From the NCBI GenBank assembly GCA_023334545.1, contig JAADVB010000062.1, forward strand, positions 18,346-82,345: a DNA stretch of 64,000 nucleotides, written 5' to 3'. A program made the position numbers and the translations under genes. The DNA is from Salisapilia sapeloensis CBS 127946. Taxonomy: Eukaryota; Protista; Oomycota. Below are positions 10,429 to 21,260 of the stretch, in pieces (the stretch's first letter is position 1; the number at the start of each line of letters is the position of its first letter). The notes under the pieces are model-generated. The model did no database searches, had not been told where the DNA came from, and saw only the letters and a list, made by a program, of their open reading frames with translations.

Positions 10429-11373
10429 ATGGCTTTGGAGCAGAAGAAGCGCCAGCGAGATGCTGCTGTCAATGCCAACGGCGGTGGAAATGGACACCAG
10501 AGTAGTGACAGCAGTGACGAGGAGGATGAGCTTACTTTTACGGAGCAGCAAGCAGTAGACGACGATGAGGACAGCGACGAAGAGATGCCGGATGCCAACC
10601 CACCGGCTGCTGGTGCCAATGGGGACGTCGTCAACGTCGACTTTGTGTTCAGTGATCCGCAGGAACGTCACTTTAACAGTGTAAAGCAGTTGCTGCTAGG
10701 ATTCATGCCACCATCACAGCCCTTCAATGTGTCCGACTTGGCCGACCTCGTCATCAATCAAGCGTCCGTCGGCACCATGATCGGCGTTGACGAAGAGGAC
10801 GATGTGTACGCTTTCATCACCGCTCTCAACATGCAAAAGCATCAGCATTCTTCTAGCATGCAACAGATCGGGCAGTTCTTGTCGAAAAAGTGTCCAGCCG
10901 ACCTCCAAGACCGCTTCACTTCAATCCTCAATCACCCCAAGACCGGTTTGCTCATCAATGAGCGTATAGTAAACCTCCCTTACCAGCTCGTACCACCTCT
11001 TCAGAACGCTCTGCACGAGGACTTGATGTGGGCAGCCGAGAACGAAGAGGATGCTGCTCTACGCCAAAGCCTCGACTTTGAGTACTTCGTCCTGCTAGCC
11101 TCGTGCGTTCCTCCAGCTGCAACGGAGGGCAGCTCCAATGGCAAAGGAAAGAAGAAAGCCAAGAGAGAGGATACGGATATGGGCAAGGTGTATCGTAATT
11201 TCGAGGATGAGTTCTTGGCAAGCGTAGCAGACTTCACCTTCTCCTTTGACGTCCCGAGAAGCGAGCAGGAAAAGGCGCTGGGAAAACCAGACAAGACGAA
11301 CGTCGTTATCGTCGTTCGAAAGGACAGGCACAAAGAATCAACCGACATGCTGGCGAATATGATCGACGCTTAG
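10429..11373 (+). CDS. BCP1: BCP1/BCCIP family protein
   Basis: VVNVDFVFSDP, FNSVKQLL, VYAFITALN, GLLINERIVNLPYQLVPPL, and YRNFEDEF. Confidence 0.92.
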   Translation: MALEQKKRQRDAAVNANGGGNGHQSSDSSDEEDELTFTEQQAVDDDEDSDEEMPDANPPAAGANGDVVNVDFVFSDPQERHFNSVKQLLLGFMPPSQPFNVSDLADLVINQASVGTMIGVDEEDDVYAFITALNMQKHQHSSSMQQIGQFLSKKCPADLQDRFTSILNHPKTGLLINERIVNLPYQLVPPLQNALHEDLMWAAENEEDAALRQSLDFEYFVLLASCVPPAATEGSSNGKGKKKAKREDTDMGKVYRNFEDEFLASVADFTFSFDVPRSEQEKALGKPDKTNVVIVVRKDRHKESTDMLANMIDA

Positions 11374-11414
11374 ATTGGTCAAACAAGTTTATTCTTTTAT
11401 TGTCTCGTGCTTGT

Positions 11415-13622
11415 CTAGTCTAGTTGGATGGAACGTAGGACTGCAGTTGACAGTTCAGTGGTCGTCAAGGGACTTGCATTGGAAGACCACATCGCTCCAA
11501 CGTGTCCGTCTGGTCGAATCAAAGCTGCTTTATGCGCCGACAAAAACTTTTCCCAGGCATTTGTACTTCCGTTATCAATCGACTTAGGACTGATTTTGTA
11601 GCTCTTCACTCCACCTTCATCGGCAGCCTGTTCATCACTCTGTTGCTTGTGTACACGAACCACCTGTACCCAGTTCGAGAGCTCTGAAGATGCTTCTGGT
11701 AATTCAGAAATAATCTCAATTAGATCCATGGCACCGTCCACCACAAGGACAAAGCCAACACCTCCAGACGATTTAAAAGGCAACTCAAGTGTTGATGTCT
11801 CCTTTTCTTCTGTCGTTTGCAACCAAAAGTGGGGAAAGCGCTTGCCAATGGCTACCGTGGGGCTATAAACGTCCGGCTTGTTCACATTAAAACGCTCGGA
11901 CGTGTTCAGCTTCTTATCACTCATAAGCTTCTTCGCCTCCTGCTTCCAATCCTTCCTGTAGGAATAGCCAATATCAAAGTCGTAGAAGAGCATGCCGAGT
12001 CCAGCCCTGTCTTCCACCACCTCCTTCACCTTCTGTTTCATGCCCTCAGAAGCTGCATTGCCATTGTTTGACTCCAGCAGCTTCAAAGGATACTTGCCGA
12101 TGGTCATGGCAGACTGCAGCACGCCTCTTTTAAAGATGTCAGGCGCAAAGCTCAAGACAGAAGAGTTAATAGCACCATGAAGCGTCTTGGCTGTGCCGTG
12201 CGAGACGTTTAGAGCCGTCGGTACGCGCATCGTTCGTTCGAAATTGCGCAGACTCACCTGCGTCGTCGTTGCTGCAATCATCTGTCTCTCCTTTTCATAC
12301 CCTTCCAATGCCGTTGTTCTCTCCTCCGGATTCGACAGACTGTAGCCAAGTCGCCAGGCTAGACTGAACGCATCCTGGATGCCAGTGTTCATGCCAAAAC
12401 CACCGGCAGGAGGAAATTGATGTGCAGCGTCGCCAACCAGGAACACTCGATTAGATCTATCACTATACTCCTTTGCCACCTGCGCGTTCATTTGCCACTG
12501 GCCGATGGACAGGATTTCTAGGTCCGAAAGGTTGAGAGAAGAGAGCAAGGACGAGAGGATGCGATGGCATCGTCGAGGCGAAAAGTCTAGGCCGAGTGAT
12601 TCTTGAGGAGGAAAGAAAGGAACTTGGAAGACCCACTCGCCTTTGTTAAGGTCGTGAGCGATAAGTACGCCAATGACCTCAGAATTGAAGACGAAGTAAA
12701 GCATAGCTGGATTCTCGGTCGCTTTCTTCGACAGTTGAGGACTTTTGAAATGGATGTTGGCAATGCTTTGTAATCCTTCTGCACCGACCATGTCAATATC
12801 ACATTGCTGACGAACTGCACTGTGAGCTCCGTCAGCTGCAATTACATAGTCGTACTCGGACATCTCCATCTCTCGTTTGTTCCTATTGCAACAAGCTTCT
12901 TAGACAAATGCAAGCGCATATTTTCTAGAAAAAGGTACGAACGAGTGATAAAGATCGACCGTGATAGGGTCCAAGCCATTTTTTGGTCCTGACGGAATCT
13001 TCAGTCCACGCAACTCAATTCCTCTCTCAACCGAAATGTTTTGTTCACTTAAAAAATCGTTCAAGAGCATTTCAAAGCGGTGCTGCGGAAAGTGCAGAAA
13101 TTGAGATGGAGAAATTTTGTCCAGGGCAGATCGCAAGCCTTTTGCAGAGCTTTGAGAAGACTCACAGTCTCTTGGAATGTCTACAGTAGTGCAGTAGGTT
13201 AATACGACATCGGACAGAAACTTCGTGCGAACGAAAACGATAAAAACCTGGGCCAAACTGATCAATCCGAGCAATCTCACGCTCTCGGCCCATACCACTG
13301 CAGTAGACATAGTCTCTCCACTATATGCAATAAACACCTCATTACTTTCGATCCATCTGATCATGGCGATGAACTACTGTACCAAATGACTTGGTGCTGC
13401 GTGTTCCAGCAACGCTTGATGAAATTGCGGCATCGAAGTGTATAATACTTCCATCGTCCGTAAGCTTAGAAAGTGAGCTTGAGGATGCGTCGTTGGTCCT
13501 TGTTGTCGATCAATGATGCGCGTTGGGACGTTAAACAGCTTCTCAAGCAAGAATCCTGTGGCCATCCCAACCGGACCGGCACCAACGATAAGCACTCGAG
13601 GTCTGGAGCGAAGGAGACTCAT
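11415..13622 (-). CDS. FAD-dependent monooxygenase (phenol hydroxylase / 2,4-dichlorophenol 6-monooxygenase-like), multi-exon
   Basis: VLIVGAGPVG, HPQAHFLSLRTME, ADGAHS, and FLVGDAAHQFPPAGGFGMNTGIQDA. Three GT-AG introns link the ORF pieces. Confidence 0.88.
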
Positions 13623-13840
13623 GTTAGCGTTCGATCTGGCTGCACACAAGTGCCAAAATGGCCGTTGCAGGGACGTGCACCGTCAAATTCGCGTCTTTGT
13701 CATGTTTTGTGTCCGTATCAATGAATAATGCGCATTTCACACTTTTTGTTACTCGATAGATGCAGCTACCATTATATGGGTCATGAGAGTGATTGTAAAA
13801 GGCGAAGTGTTGATCAACTATCCTGGTAGTCTCGGCATTT

Positions 13841-16800
13841 CTACTGCCTTTTATTGACGAGTTCCTTGATCTTGTCAAGAGGAGACATGTCATCCAAACT
13901 TCTTTTAAAAGAACCCGCTCGATCTTTGGTTTGTCTCGCCAGTTGGTGCACTTCAGTCTCGCTTAGATTTCGAGCCCTGCGCAAAGCATCGGCATACTGT
14001 TCAATTTCTCCCAGCTGCTTCAATGCCACCGCAATAGTTTCCAATATGTCATTTTCCGAAGGATGATCAGATGGACAAATTGAGAAGGCAAAAGAACTTG
14101 CAATAATAACAAGGTGGTAATGGTGTAGCTCTATCGCTTGAGCGCAGATTTCCAATAGAATGTCAACTTTGCTGTTACATCCAGCAGTAATCTTGCTCTC
14201 CAAAAGCTTGCTCAATTTCTCTTTGGATCGAGTAAGAGTCCAGGTACGTATTGCAGCACCCCATGCTTCTTTGGTGCCCACTTTACTCTTTCCATCTTCT
14301 AGGTTATCGAGAGCGATTGCACTCAACGCAGTGATGTGATAGTTAGAGTAAGAAAAGCAGGACGTGTCTTCCACATAGAGAAGATATTTAAGACTCTGTT
14401 TCCAATGCCCAGTGTACATAAGTTGGATGGCCGAAAGAAAAACCCATTTCATGATACGATCGCTGCTCGTAAATCCTTTCCATTCTATCATGGAAGCCAG
14501 TAATTTTAAAGAGGCCATATGCTCACCGTTCTGCATGCGTACGATAGAGAGCTGCTCTAAAAACTCAATATCAATAGCTTCTTGCCCTCTTTCTCTTCTT
14601 ATAGAATCAATAGCGTCAATATACAATTCTTTCGACCGTTGTAGATGAGATTTATCTGCTGAGCTTAGCCACACACCATAGTGAGCGCTAGCTGCAGCAA
14701 TGCGGGCCGTATTTCTTATACTATCATCCAATCCTGCACGGAGTGAATGCTCGTAAAACCATGCTGCATTCATAAAATCCTTCTTTTCATCAAACTGCAC
14801 TCCGATTTCATGCAAGATGTCTTGCTCACTTGATGATGAGTCAAGTGCATTGAGCGCAGGAAAGAGTGAATAACTAGCGCGGTAGAGTTCATATTGGTCA
14901 CTGGTGGATTCAATGTCTTCCACAATCAAGTCTTTTAGCATAGCACGAACTTCCGTTGTAATTGGTTTGATGTCTCTAGCTTGCTTGACGTCTTTATTAT
15001 TAACAGCTAGCACAAGCTCTTTTGTCGTGGTCATTATTATATCTGTTGATTGACTGACCTCTACCATGTCGTCTACTAGCTCGAAATTATTTAAAGCAAA
15101 AGGTATGTTCTCATCTGCATTGTTATCTAGTAATTCGACTTCTTCATCAACAGAACAAGCCACTTGGGAACTTTCTTCCGAGAGTGGTAGCGCCAAACTG
15201 TGCTCTTGATCAACAGCATCTTTTCTATCATTTCTAATCGACCGAGGAGTGACAGCATGATAGAAGTCCGTATGCGACCCAGAAACTTTGATTTTATCTG
15301 TCGAGTTCATCTCAAGGATATCATTCTTCTTTGCTTCAGTGAAGTTTTCGCTAACATGCAGCACGACTTCCACCTCATTTTCTGTACTTAATACTTGTGT
15401 TTCACTTTCACCTACGTCGGCATGTGGTAACTTGCTTTTTAAAGAAGCTATCGTTTCATCTAAGTCTAAAGTCTTGTTTCTACTGCTCGTCACAATGGGT
15501 GCTGCATCTGAACCTTGATGTTCTGTGGATATACGAGAAATATACCGCTTGTAGCATCTTTGAATGACACAAGCAGATCGCATTCTTTTCTTATTCTCTT
15601 CCTTTAGCTGGACGTATAATAATCTCCATCTCTGAATACTTTGCATGCATTTCCACCAACGCTGCAAGCGTGTGGAAGCAGCGATGGAAAGATTTTCTCG
15701 GCAATCCTGTCTCCATATACGAAACTGCTTTTGAATGGCTTTCGTTGCTTGATGCCGTTGAGTTTCATCTTTTTCCTCTTCGTACATGTCTGAATTTCCA
15801 CTTTCTTGGTAAGTACCGTTTTGGACGGTGGAAGCCTCTATCATTTCCGCTTTGCGCCTCTGGCTCCTCCTGTGTAGCCTGCAAAGCACAGTGATAAAAA
15901 TTGAACAATTGCACCAAATCGAAAGGAGTTGATCGACTCTTTCACATCTCTTCGCCTTGGCTATTGTACGCACTTCTAGAAGACTTTTTTTCTCTATTTG
16001 TCGACGCTGATGCCATTTCATCAGCGATCGACATATAACTTCCAGCGCGTGTTCAGTTGATACACAATTGCAAACGCGCATTTCTATCTTTGCATTACTC
16101 TTGCTTCCACCAGATATCCCAAACATGTCATCGCAGTCAAGTGGGGATAATCTGGCTACCTCCCAAGCACTCTCTAGCTCCGTGTCGATAAACAACTGTA
16201 ACTTATCAGCTAGACCATTGTCATCTGACTGCTCTGTGTTGACAGCTTCCGTGCAAAAGTCAATGTCTTCCTGCGTCATAGCCAAAGTTTCTTTGTCCCT
16301 ACTCCAAACTGCTACTGTAGAGCTTTCAATCATGGAAGCTTGGGGTCCATTTCCACTTTCATCGTCTGCAACAATTGATAGCTCTCTCCTTCCCCTCGAT
16401 CGATTGGAAAAGTCAAACGAGTAGTAATTGGCATCACAAAATAGAGCATCAATATCTTCTTTTTCGAGCTCCTTCCTAATACGCAATCGCTCGGCCTTTT
16501 CTTTGTCTTCCTCACTCATGATATAGTTCACATTCCACTTCTTCTTGGGCTGTATCAAGTTGTCGATGTTTCCTTGCTGGCTTTGAACAAGGGACTTCCA
16601 CGCATCTACTGTCTTTTGGAATAACGATGTCGCTTGTGGTACGGTCGACTCGGTATGTTCGACATGACTGTAGTTTACAGCGATAGAGGGCTCACTAGGA
16701 TCCACTTCTAGAGCTTCCGCATGTGGTTCGTTGCCGATGTCAATTCGCTCTACACCACCAAGTTGTGAAATCTCTTCGCACTTGTCAGGCGTACTGACAG

Positions 16801-17170
16801 ATACATCGTTGTTGCCCTCTACAGCTTCATCAGTCCGATTGTGAATGCACTCATCGCACACCCAACGCACTTTACTAGATCCTCTCTGTTTCCACTTTTT
16901 TCCTATCGTTGCCTTGTTCTTGACCAAGAGAGGATGCTGTTGCAGCGGCGGCGTAAAACAGTACAAGTGCCGTCGAAACGAACAATTACTGCACTTGAGA
17001 AGCAGCTTACCATTCAAGTCGCTTTTGCATACGTCACAGCAGTCTTTCGCAACGTCCACCCCATGCTTTCCCTTCCGTCGAAACATTTTCGAGATCCCAT
17101 GCTTCCGTCGTACTCGATCATCGTGAAATGCTCGTCCGCTCTCCACACTTAACAAGTCGCTCATCACCAA
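13841..17170 (-). CDS. Large protein: PHD finger + IQ motifs + helical-repeat (TPR-like) C-terminus
   Basis: 1109-aa ORF with CDVC...CSNC...HLYC...WVCDEC, and IQ-like AIQKQFR, RLQRWWK, VIQRCYKR. The TPR-like call is by impression only. Confidence 0.7.
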   Translation of the reverse strand: MVMSDLLSVESGRAFHDDRVRRKHGISKMFRRKGKHGVDVAKDCCDVCKSDLNGKLLLKCSNCSFRRHLYCFTPPLQQHPLLVKNKATIGKKWKQRGSSKVRWVCDECIHNRTDEAVEGNNDVSVSTPDKCEEISQLGGVERIDIGNEPHAEALEVDPSEPSIAVNYSHVEHTESTVPQATSLFQKTVDAWKSLVQSQQGNIDNLIQPKKKWNVNYIMSEEDKEKAERLRIRKELEKEDIDALFCDANYYSFDFSNRSRGRRELSIVADDESGNGPQASMIESSTVAVWSRDKETLAMTQEDIDFCTEAVNTEQSDDNGLADKLQLFIDTELESAWEVARLSPLDCDDMFGISGGSKSNAKIEMRVCNCVSTEHALEVICRSLMKWHQRRQIEKKSLLEVRTIAKAKRCERVDQLLSIWCNCSIFITVLCRLHRRSQRRKAEMIEASTVQNGTYQESGNSDMYEEEKDETQRHQATKAIQKQFRIWRQDCRENLSIAASTRLQRWWKCMQSIQRWRLLYVQLKEENKKRMRSACVIQRCYKRYISRISTEHQGSDAAPIVTSSRNKTLDLDETIASLKSKLPHADVGESETQVLSTENEVEVVLHVSENFTEAKKNDILEMNSTDKIKVSGSHTDFYHAVTPRSIRNDRKDAVDQEHSLALPLSEESSQVACSVDEEVELLDNNADENIPFALNNFELVDDMVEVSQSTDIIMTTTKELVLAVNNKDVKQARDIKPITTEVRAMLKDLIVEDIESTSDQYELYRASYSLFPALNALDSSSSEQDILHEIGVQFDEKKDFMNAAWFYEHSLRAGLDDSIRNTARIAAASAHYGVWLSSADKSHLQRSKELYIDAIDSIRRERGQEAIDIEFLEQLSIVRMQNGEHMASLKLLASMIEWKGFTSSDRIMKWVFLSAIQLMYTGHWKQSLKYLLYVEDTSCFSYSNYHITALSAIALDNLEDGKSKVGTKEAWGAAIRTWTLTRSKEKLSKLLESKITAGCNSKVDILLEICAQAIELHHYHLVIIASSFAFSICPSDHPSENDILETIAVALKQLGEIEQYADALRRARNLSETEVHQLARQTKDRAGSFKRSLDDMSPLDKIKELVNKRQ

Positions 17171-17220
17171 ACTGCCGGTATCAATCTTCTTTTCATTTCT
17201 ATTTATACCCTGTCAATGCT

Positions 17221-20190
17221 TTACTCTAGCGTCGTGTGCGCGACTTGCTCCCACTCGAGACCTTTGCGGCAAATCTCAACTGTCGGCCAGTAGTGATAGT
17301 CCGTACGCAGCGTATACACTCGTTGCTTGGTGTTCATACCAATGGTCTTCAGCCGAACGCTTTCGCCGTTGCCAAGTTTCTTGACAACATTCAGGAAATC
17401 ATCCAACGTCTTGGTGCTCTTCCCATTGACCTCGACGACCCATATCGTCGCATGCAGTCCGTACTTGTGTGCTGGAGAGCCAAAGAGCCATCTCGAGATG
17501 TACACTCCCCCACCTTCCGGTGGCACAAAGCCCTTGACACGTACCGCAAGATGCGGATTCTGAACCATAAGTCCGCTCCAGAAGACGACTCGGTCGGTCC
17601 CAATGGCCGACAGCTGGGCCGTCGGGACAGACACCACCATCTCTTTCTGATTCCGAACGATGAGCATCTCTACTTGTTCCTGGTCTCCAACTGCCATATC
17701 CACATCCGCATCCCGGACGATCACTTGTCCGTCAATCGACAGGATGACGTCTCCTCCCTCCAGCCTACTCGCACACTCTGTGTCAGCAAACGTCCTTTTA
17801 ACGCCAAGCACCTGCCGCTTGTCCTTGTACTTTTGCTCCAGTCTCTGGATCCAGTCGCTCGAGATACCTAGACCGCCTGACCTGGCCTTGGAGAGAGAGT
17901 ACACCAAGTGCTCCATGGGCAAGAGGTTGATGTTCTGTGGTAACTCGCCTTCTCGTATCTTATTCACGACAGGGACGACGACGCTGGCCGGTAGTCCACG
18001 ATACACTTCCTTCTTGGAGTTGGATCCGCTGTAGCTGAAGCTCTGCCACAGAGTCGTCACCTGGCCTTGGTCATTGATCAAGACGCCTCCATGGGATCGA
18101 AGCATCCGGTCGAGGTAGAGCACTTCGGCATTCAGCTGCTTGAAGCGAGGGGGACTAAAGTCTCGCATGACCATTCGGTCCTGCTTGGTCACCTGGACTG
18201 TTTGTGCTACGACACTCCAGTTGCTGCTGAGGCCGATGAACTGCGTCTGTTCTCCGACCTGAACGTCCGACGCTGCAAACTGGATGCTCGGGATAGTCGT
18301 GGCCATCGGACCCAAGTCGATTGGATCGTACTGGACGATCGCAAAGTTGTGGATCGGATGCACGAGAACGACTTTGGCACTGGACTCTACAGACGCAGCA
18401 AAGGTGACGATGACGTCTCCCAACGCCATGGGCACAGTGTTCTGGTCCACGAGAACCATGCCCTGCGACGCGTCTACTACGACACCTGTGCCATAGTACG
18501 AATTGCTCGAGAGTCCATCGATAGCGTACGGAACATCGAATCGCACCGTCACGAGAGACTGCAGCACCTTTTCTCCTATTTGGCTACCTCCAGGGAAGTG
18601 CAGAGGCGTAGGTACCGAATCCACCTCTTCACGCTCCTTCTTGTCCTTTGGCACGGGACTAGGACGAGGGTGCCAGACGCCATCTTCGTCGTTTCGAGTG
18701 TAAAGCTGCATGGAGAACCACCTTCTATCGATGGAGACGAAGGCAGTACGAGCACGATGCCGATCACGGATGTAATAGAAGCGGAAGACGGTACGCGTCT
18801 GGTCTGGCAGTTGCGCCACGATTTTTTCAAACGTCTCTAGATCCGGTGTTTCTACGCCATTGACAGACGTAATGATGCAGCCGTGGGTCATCCCAGCACG
18901 CACGAACATGTGACCAGCTTCTGCTATGAAGACACCGCCGCATGCCATGGAGGAGGATCTTGCCAACTGGTACGAGAACGAGTGGACGATGCCTCCACTA
19001 ACTTCCAAAAAGCTGTCTGGCGTGATATCATGCAGGTCTTGGATCGAAACCGACACTTCAAACGTCTCTTCTCCTCGCTGTACTTGTATCTGCACCTCTC
19101 CACCGACATTATCGTCTTCAAACTCTTCAATTTCTACAAATGTCGTCCGCAGCTTTCCAGCGTATTGGAGGATGATGTCGCCAGTCTGAAGCTTTCCATC
19201 CGCTGGACCGTTCGGAAGGACTTGGTTGACAATGAGCATTCCAGTTTCCTTCGGGAAGGCTGCTCGTACGGCAGACTCACTCTCGGTCGGCAAACCCAAG
19301 CGACGGACTTCATCAAAGGCTGTGTGGCGAAAGACAGTTTGGATCGTTCCTCTAGGCACATTTTCTCCTTTGCGGACGTAGTCTAGTGCTCTTACGACGC
19401 GATCCAGTGGCAAGTAGTAGGACGAAGCCGACATTTTATGTCCACCAGCATTCAGCGCAATGGCGTTTCCATTGATATTGAGCACTGGGGAACCACTGGA
19501 TCCACCAGACGTACTGCTCGCTGCAGCATAGTAAAACGTATTAAAGTCATTGTACGTGTCGGATCCATACTGCGGAGCTTCTCGATCCAGTTTGGCCAAA
19601 ATACCAGGTAGGATCGATAGCTTTTCCCCCGAGTCATTGCCTACGACACGAATCTCGACACCTACTTTGGCTTCATCCGGACGCAAAGGGATCTCCTCTA
19701 GCTCCATAAAACGAACCTTTTTCGGATCAAAGCGGAAGAAACCAAAGTCATGAACAGGGTCACTATATATTCACGTGAATCAGAATCCAATGAGAAAGAA
19801 ATAGATGATGATGAAAACGTACCGATAGACGGGCACGAGATCTACTTCCTCCTTATTGTGGAAAATGGCATCAGCGACGACTGGTCCAGGTGTCACAACA
19901 TGACGGTTCGTGAGGATAAGTCCTTGTTCTTTATCGACAATGAACCCCGTGGCCTGACTGTAATCTGCCACACCATCGTCGAACGCCCGAACGTGGAGCA
20001 TGCGCAGACTTACGATGGCATGAACGCACGTATCGAGGCTAGAGAGCCATCTCGCGGAATCTGCTCCTCCTCCGCCCGTTTCCAGCGGCAAGGATCCAGT
20101 AGTAGCAACGTCTGGTGTCTGTCGCAAAGGTCTGCCTTCCGTCACCGCATCTTCGCTGTCGGAATGGTCCGAGTTATCCTTGGCCCCCAT
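17221..20190 (-). CDS. NMA111: Nma111/Ynm3 / DegP7-like tandem trypsin-PDZ serine protease, 2 exons
   Basis: Triad motifs LTNRHVV, DPVHDFG (created by removing intron 19763-19822) and TSGGSSGSP, plus PDZ domains and a second degenerate protease module. Confidence 0.9.
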
Positions 20191-20360
20191 GGTTTTTTCT
20201 TTTCTTTTTTATGAATGATCGTCTCGCACTTGATCGAATACATTTAACTTCAACATATCTTCTATAAAACTTCAATGAGAGTTCAATGAGAGCAAGCAAC
20301 GGACAGACACGCAAGTAGACTTTAAGAATGTTTCATTATTAATGCATGTCGTCTTCACGA

Positions 20361-21002
20361 CTAATGGATGGGCGTCGTCTCCTCCTGCATGTCCTTGGCG
20401 CCCTTTGCGATCGCCTGGCCACGCGTGCGGCGGTCCACTTCATCCATGCCGCCCTTGCCTTCCACTTCTTCTTCCGCAGCTCCGAATGGTGTCTGGGCCC
20501 ATTCGCGCTCGAAATCTTCCACGTCTCCCATTGGGTCCGAGTGCACCGTCTTGGAGCTTCCCTCGCTCTCGCCAGGGTGACGCGTCCATGTCGTCGTCAC
20601 GGATTCGCCGTGGATCTCGCGCTCGTGCACGGCCTTGAGGCGGCCGGCAGAGTCCTGGTACCTCTTGCGAGAGCTCTGGATCTTGCGTCCTTCTTCGTCT
20701 AACACACTCGATGTGGTGAAGCTGTAGGTCGCGTAGGACTGGCCTTGGCTAGGCTTCACGTCGCCGTCCTTCATGTCTTCAAAGAATTTTTTGTCCTCGG
20801 CCGTCGTCTGCGGCAAAATGTCCTGGCGGCTGATGACCCACGGACCGAAAGATCGGGTCGCTAGCAGATCGGTGTCCAGGAGCGAGGCTTCCAGACGGGA
20901 GACAGCCGCCCAGGCCTTGGGACGGACCTTGTCCCATACACTGGCATGACGCACCTGTCCCGGCGCCTTGTTCATGGCCACGCGTCCAACTCGAGATAGC
21001 AT
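20361..21002 (-). CDS. Hypothetical protein, possibly MLF-like beta-rich domain, possible mitochondrial presequence
   Basis: 213-aa ORF with Arg-rich N-terminus, SYATYSFTTSSVLDEEGRKIQSSRKRYQDSAGRLKAVHERE core, and an upstream Inr/FPR. Confidence 0.6.
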   Translation of the reverse strand: MLSRVGRVAMNKAPGQVRHASVWDKVRPKAWAAVSRLEASLLDTDLLATRSFGPWVISRQDILPQTTAEDKKFFEDMKDGDVKPSQGQSYATYSFTTSSVLDEEGRKIQSSRKRYQDSAGRLKAVHEREIHGESVTTTWTRHPGESEGSSKTVHSDPMGDVEDFEREWAQTPFGAAEEEVEGKGGMDEVDRRTRGQAIAKGAKDMQEETTPIH

Positions 21003-21040
21003 GTTGATGATTGTCGTAAGTACTTGCGCTTTGGTAGAAA

Positions 21041-21054
21041 AAAACGGAAATGAG
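21041..21054 (-). promoter_or_regulatory. Oomycete Inr/FPR core promoter
   Basis: Minus strand CTCATTTCCGTTTT about 40 nt upstream of ATG 21002. Confidence 0.5.
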
Positions 21055-21260
21055 GCTGTAAATCGGTCGAAAGATCGAATAGAAACGCTTCGAACGTGTG
21101 CATGAAAAAATTGATTCGGAAAAGTAAATTTTTAACTACGCCTGGGACATGGTTCGTGGACTTTCCGCTGTGCTTCACTTGGTTCTCTGTCCATACACTT
21201 TCGAAACGGATCGCCTGCGGAATCTTGAAAAGCTGCAACGATCCTGCGGATACCTGCCGC

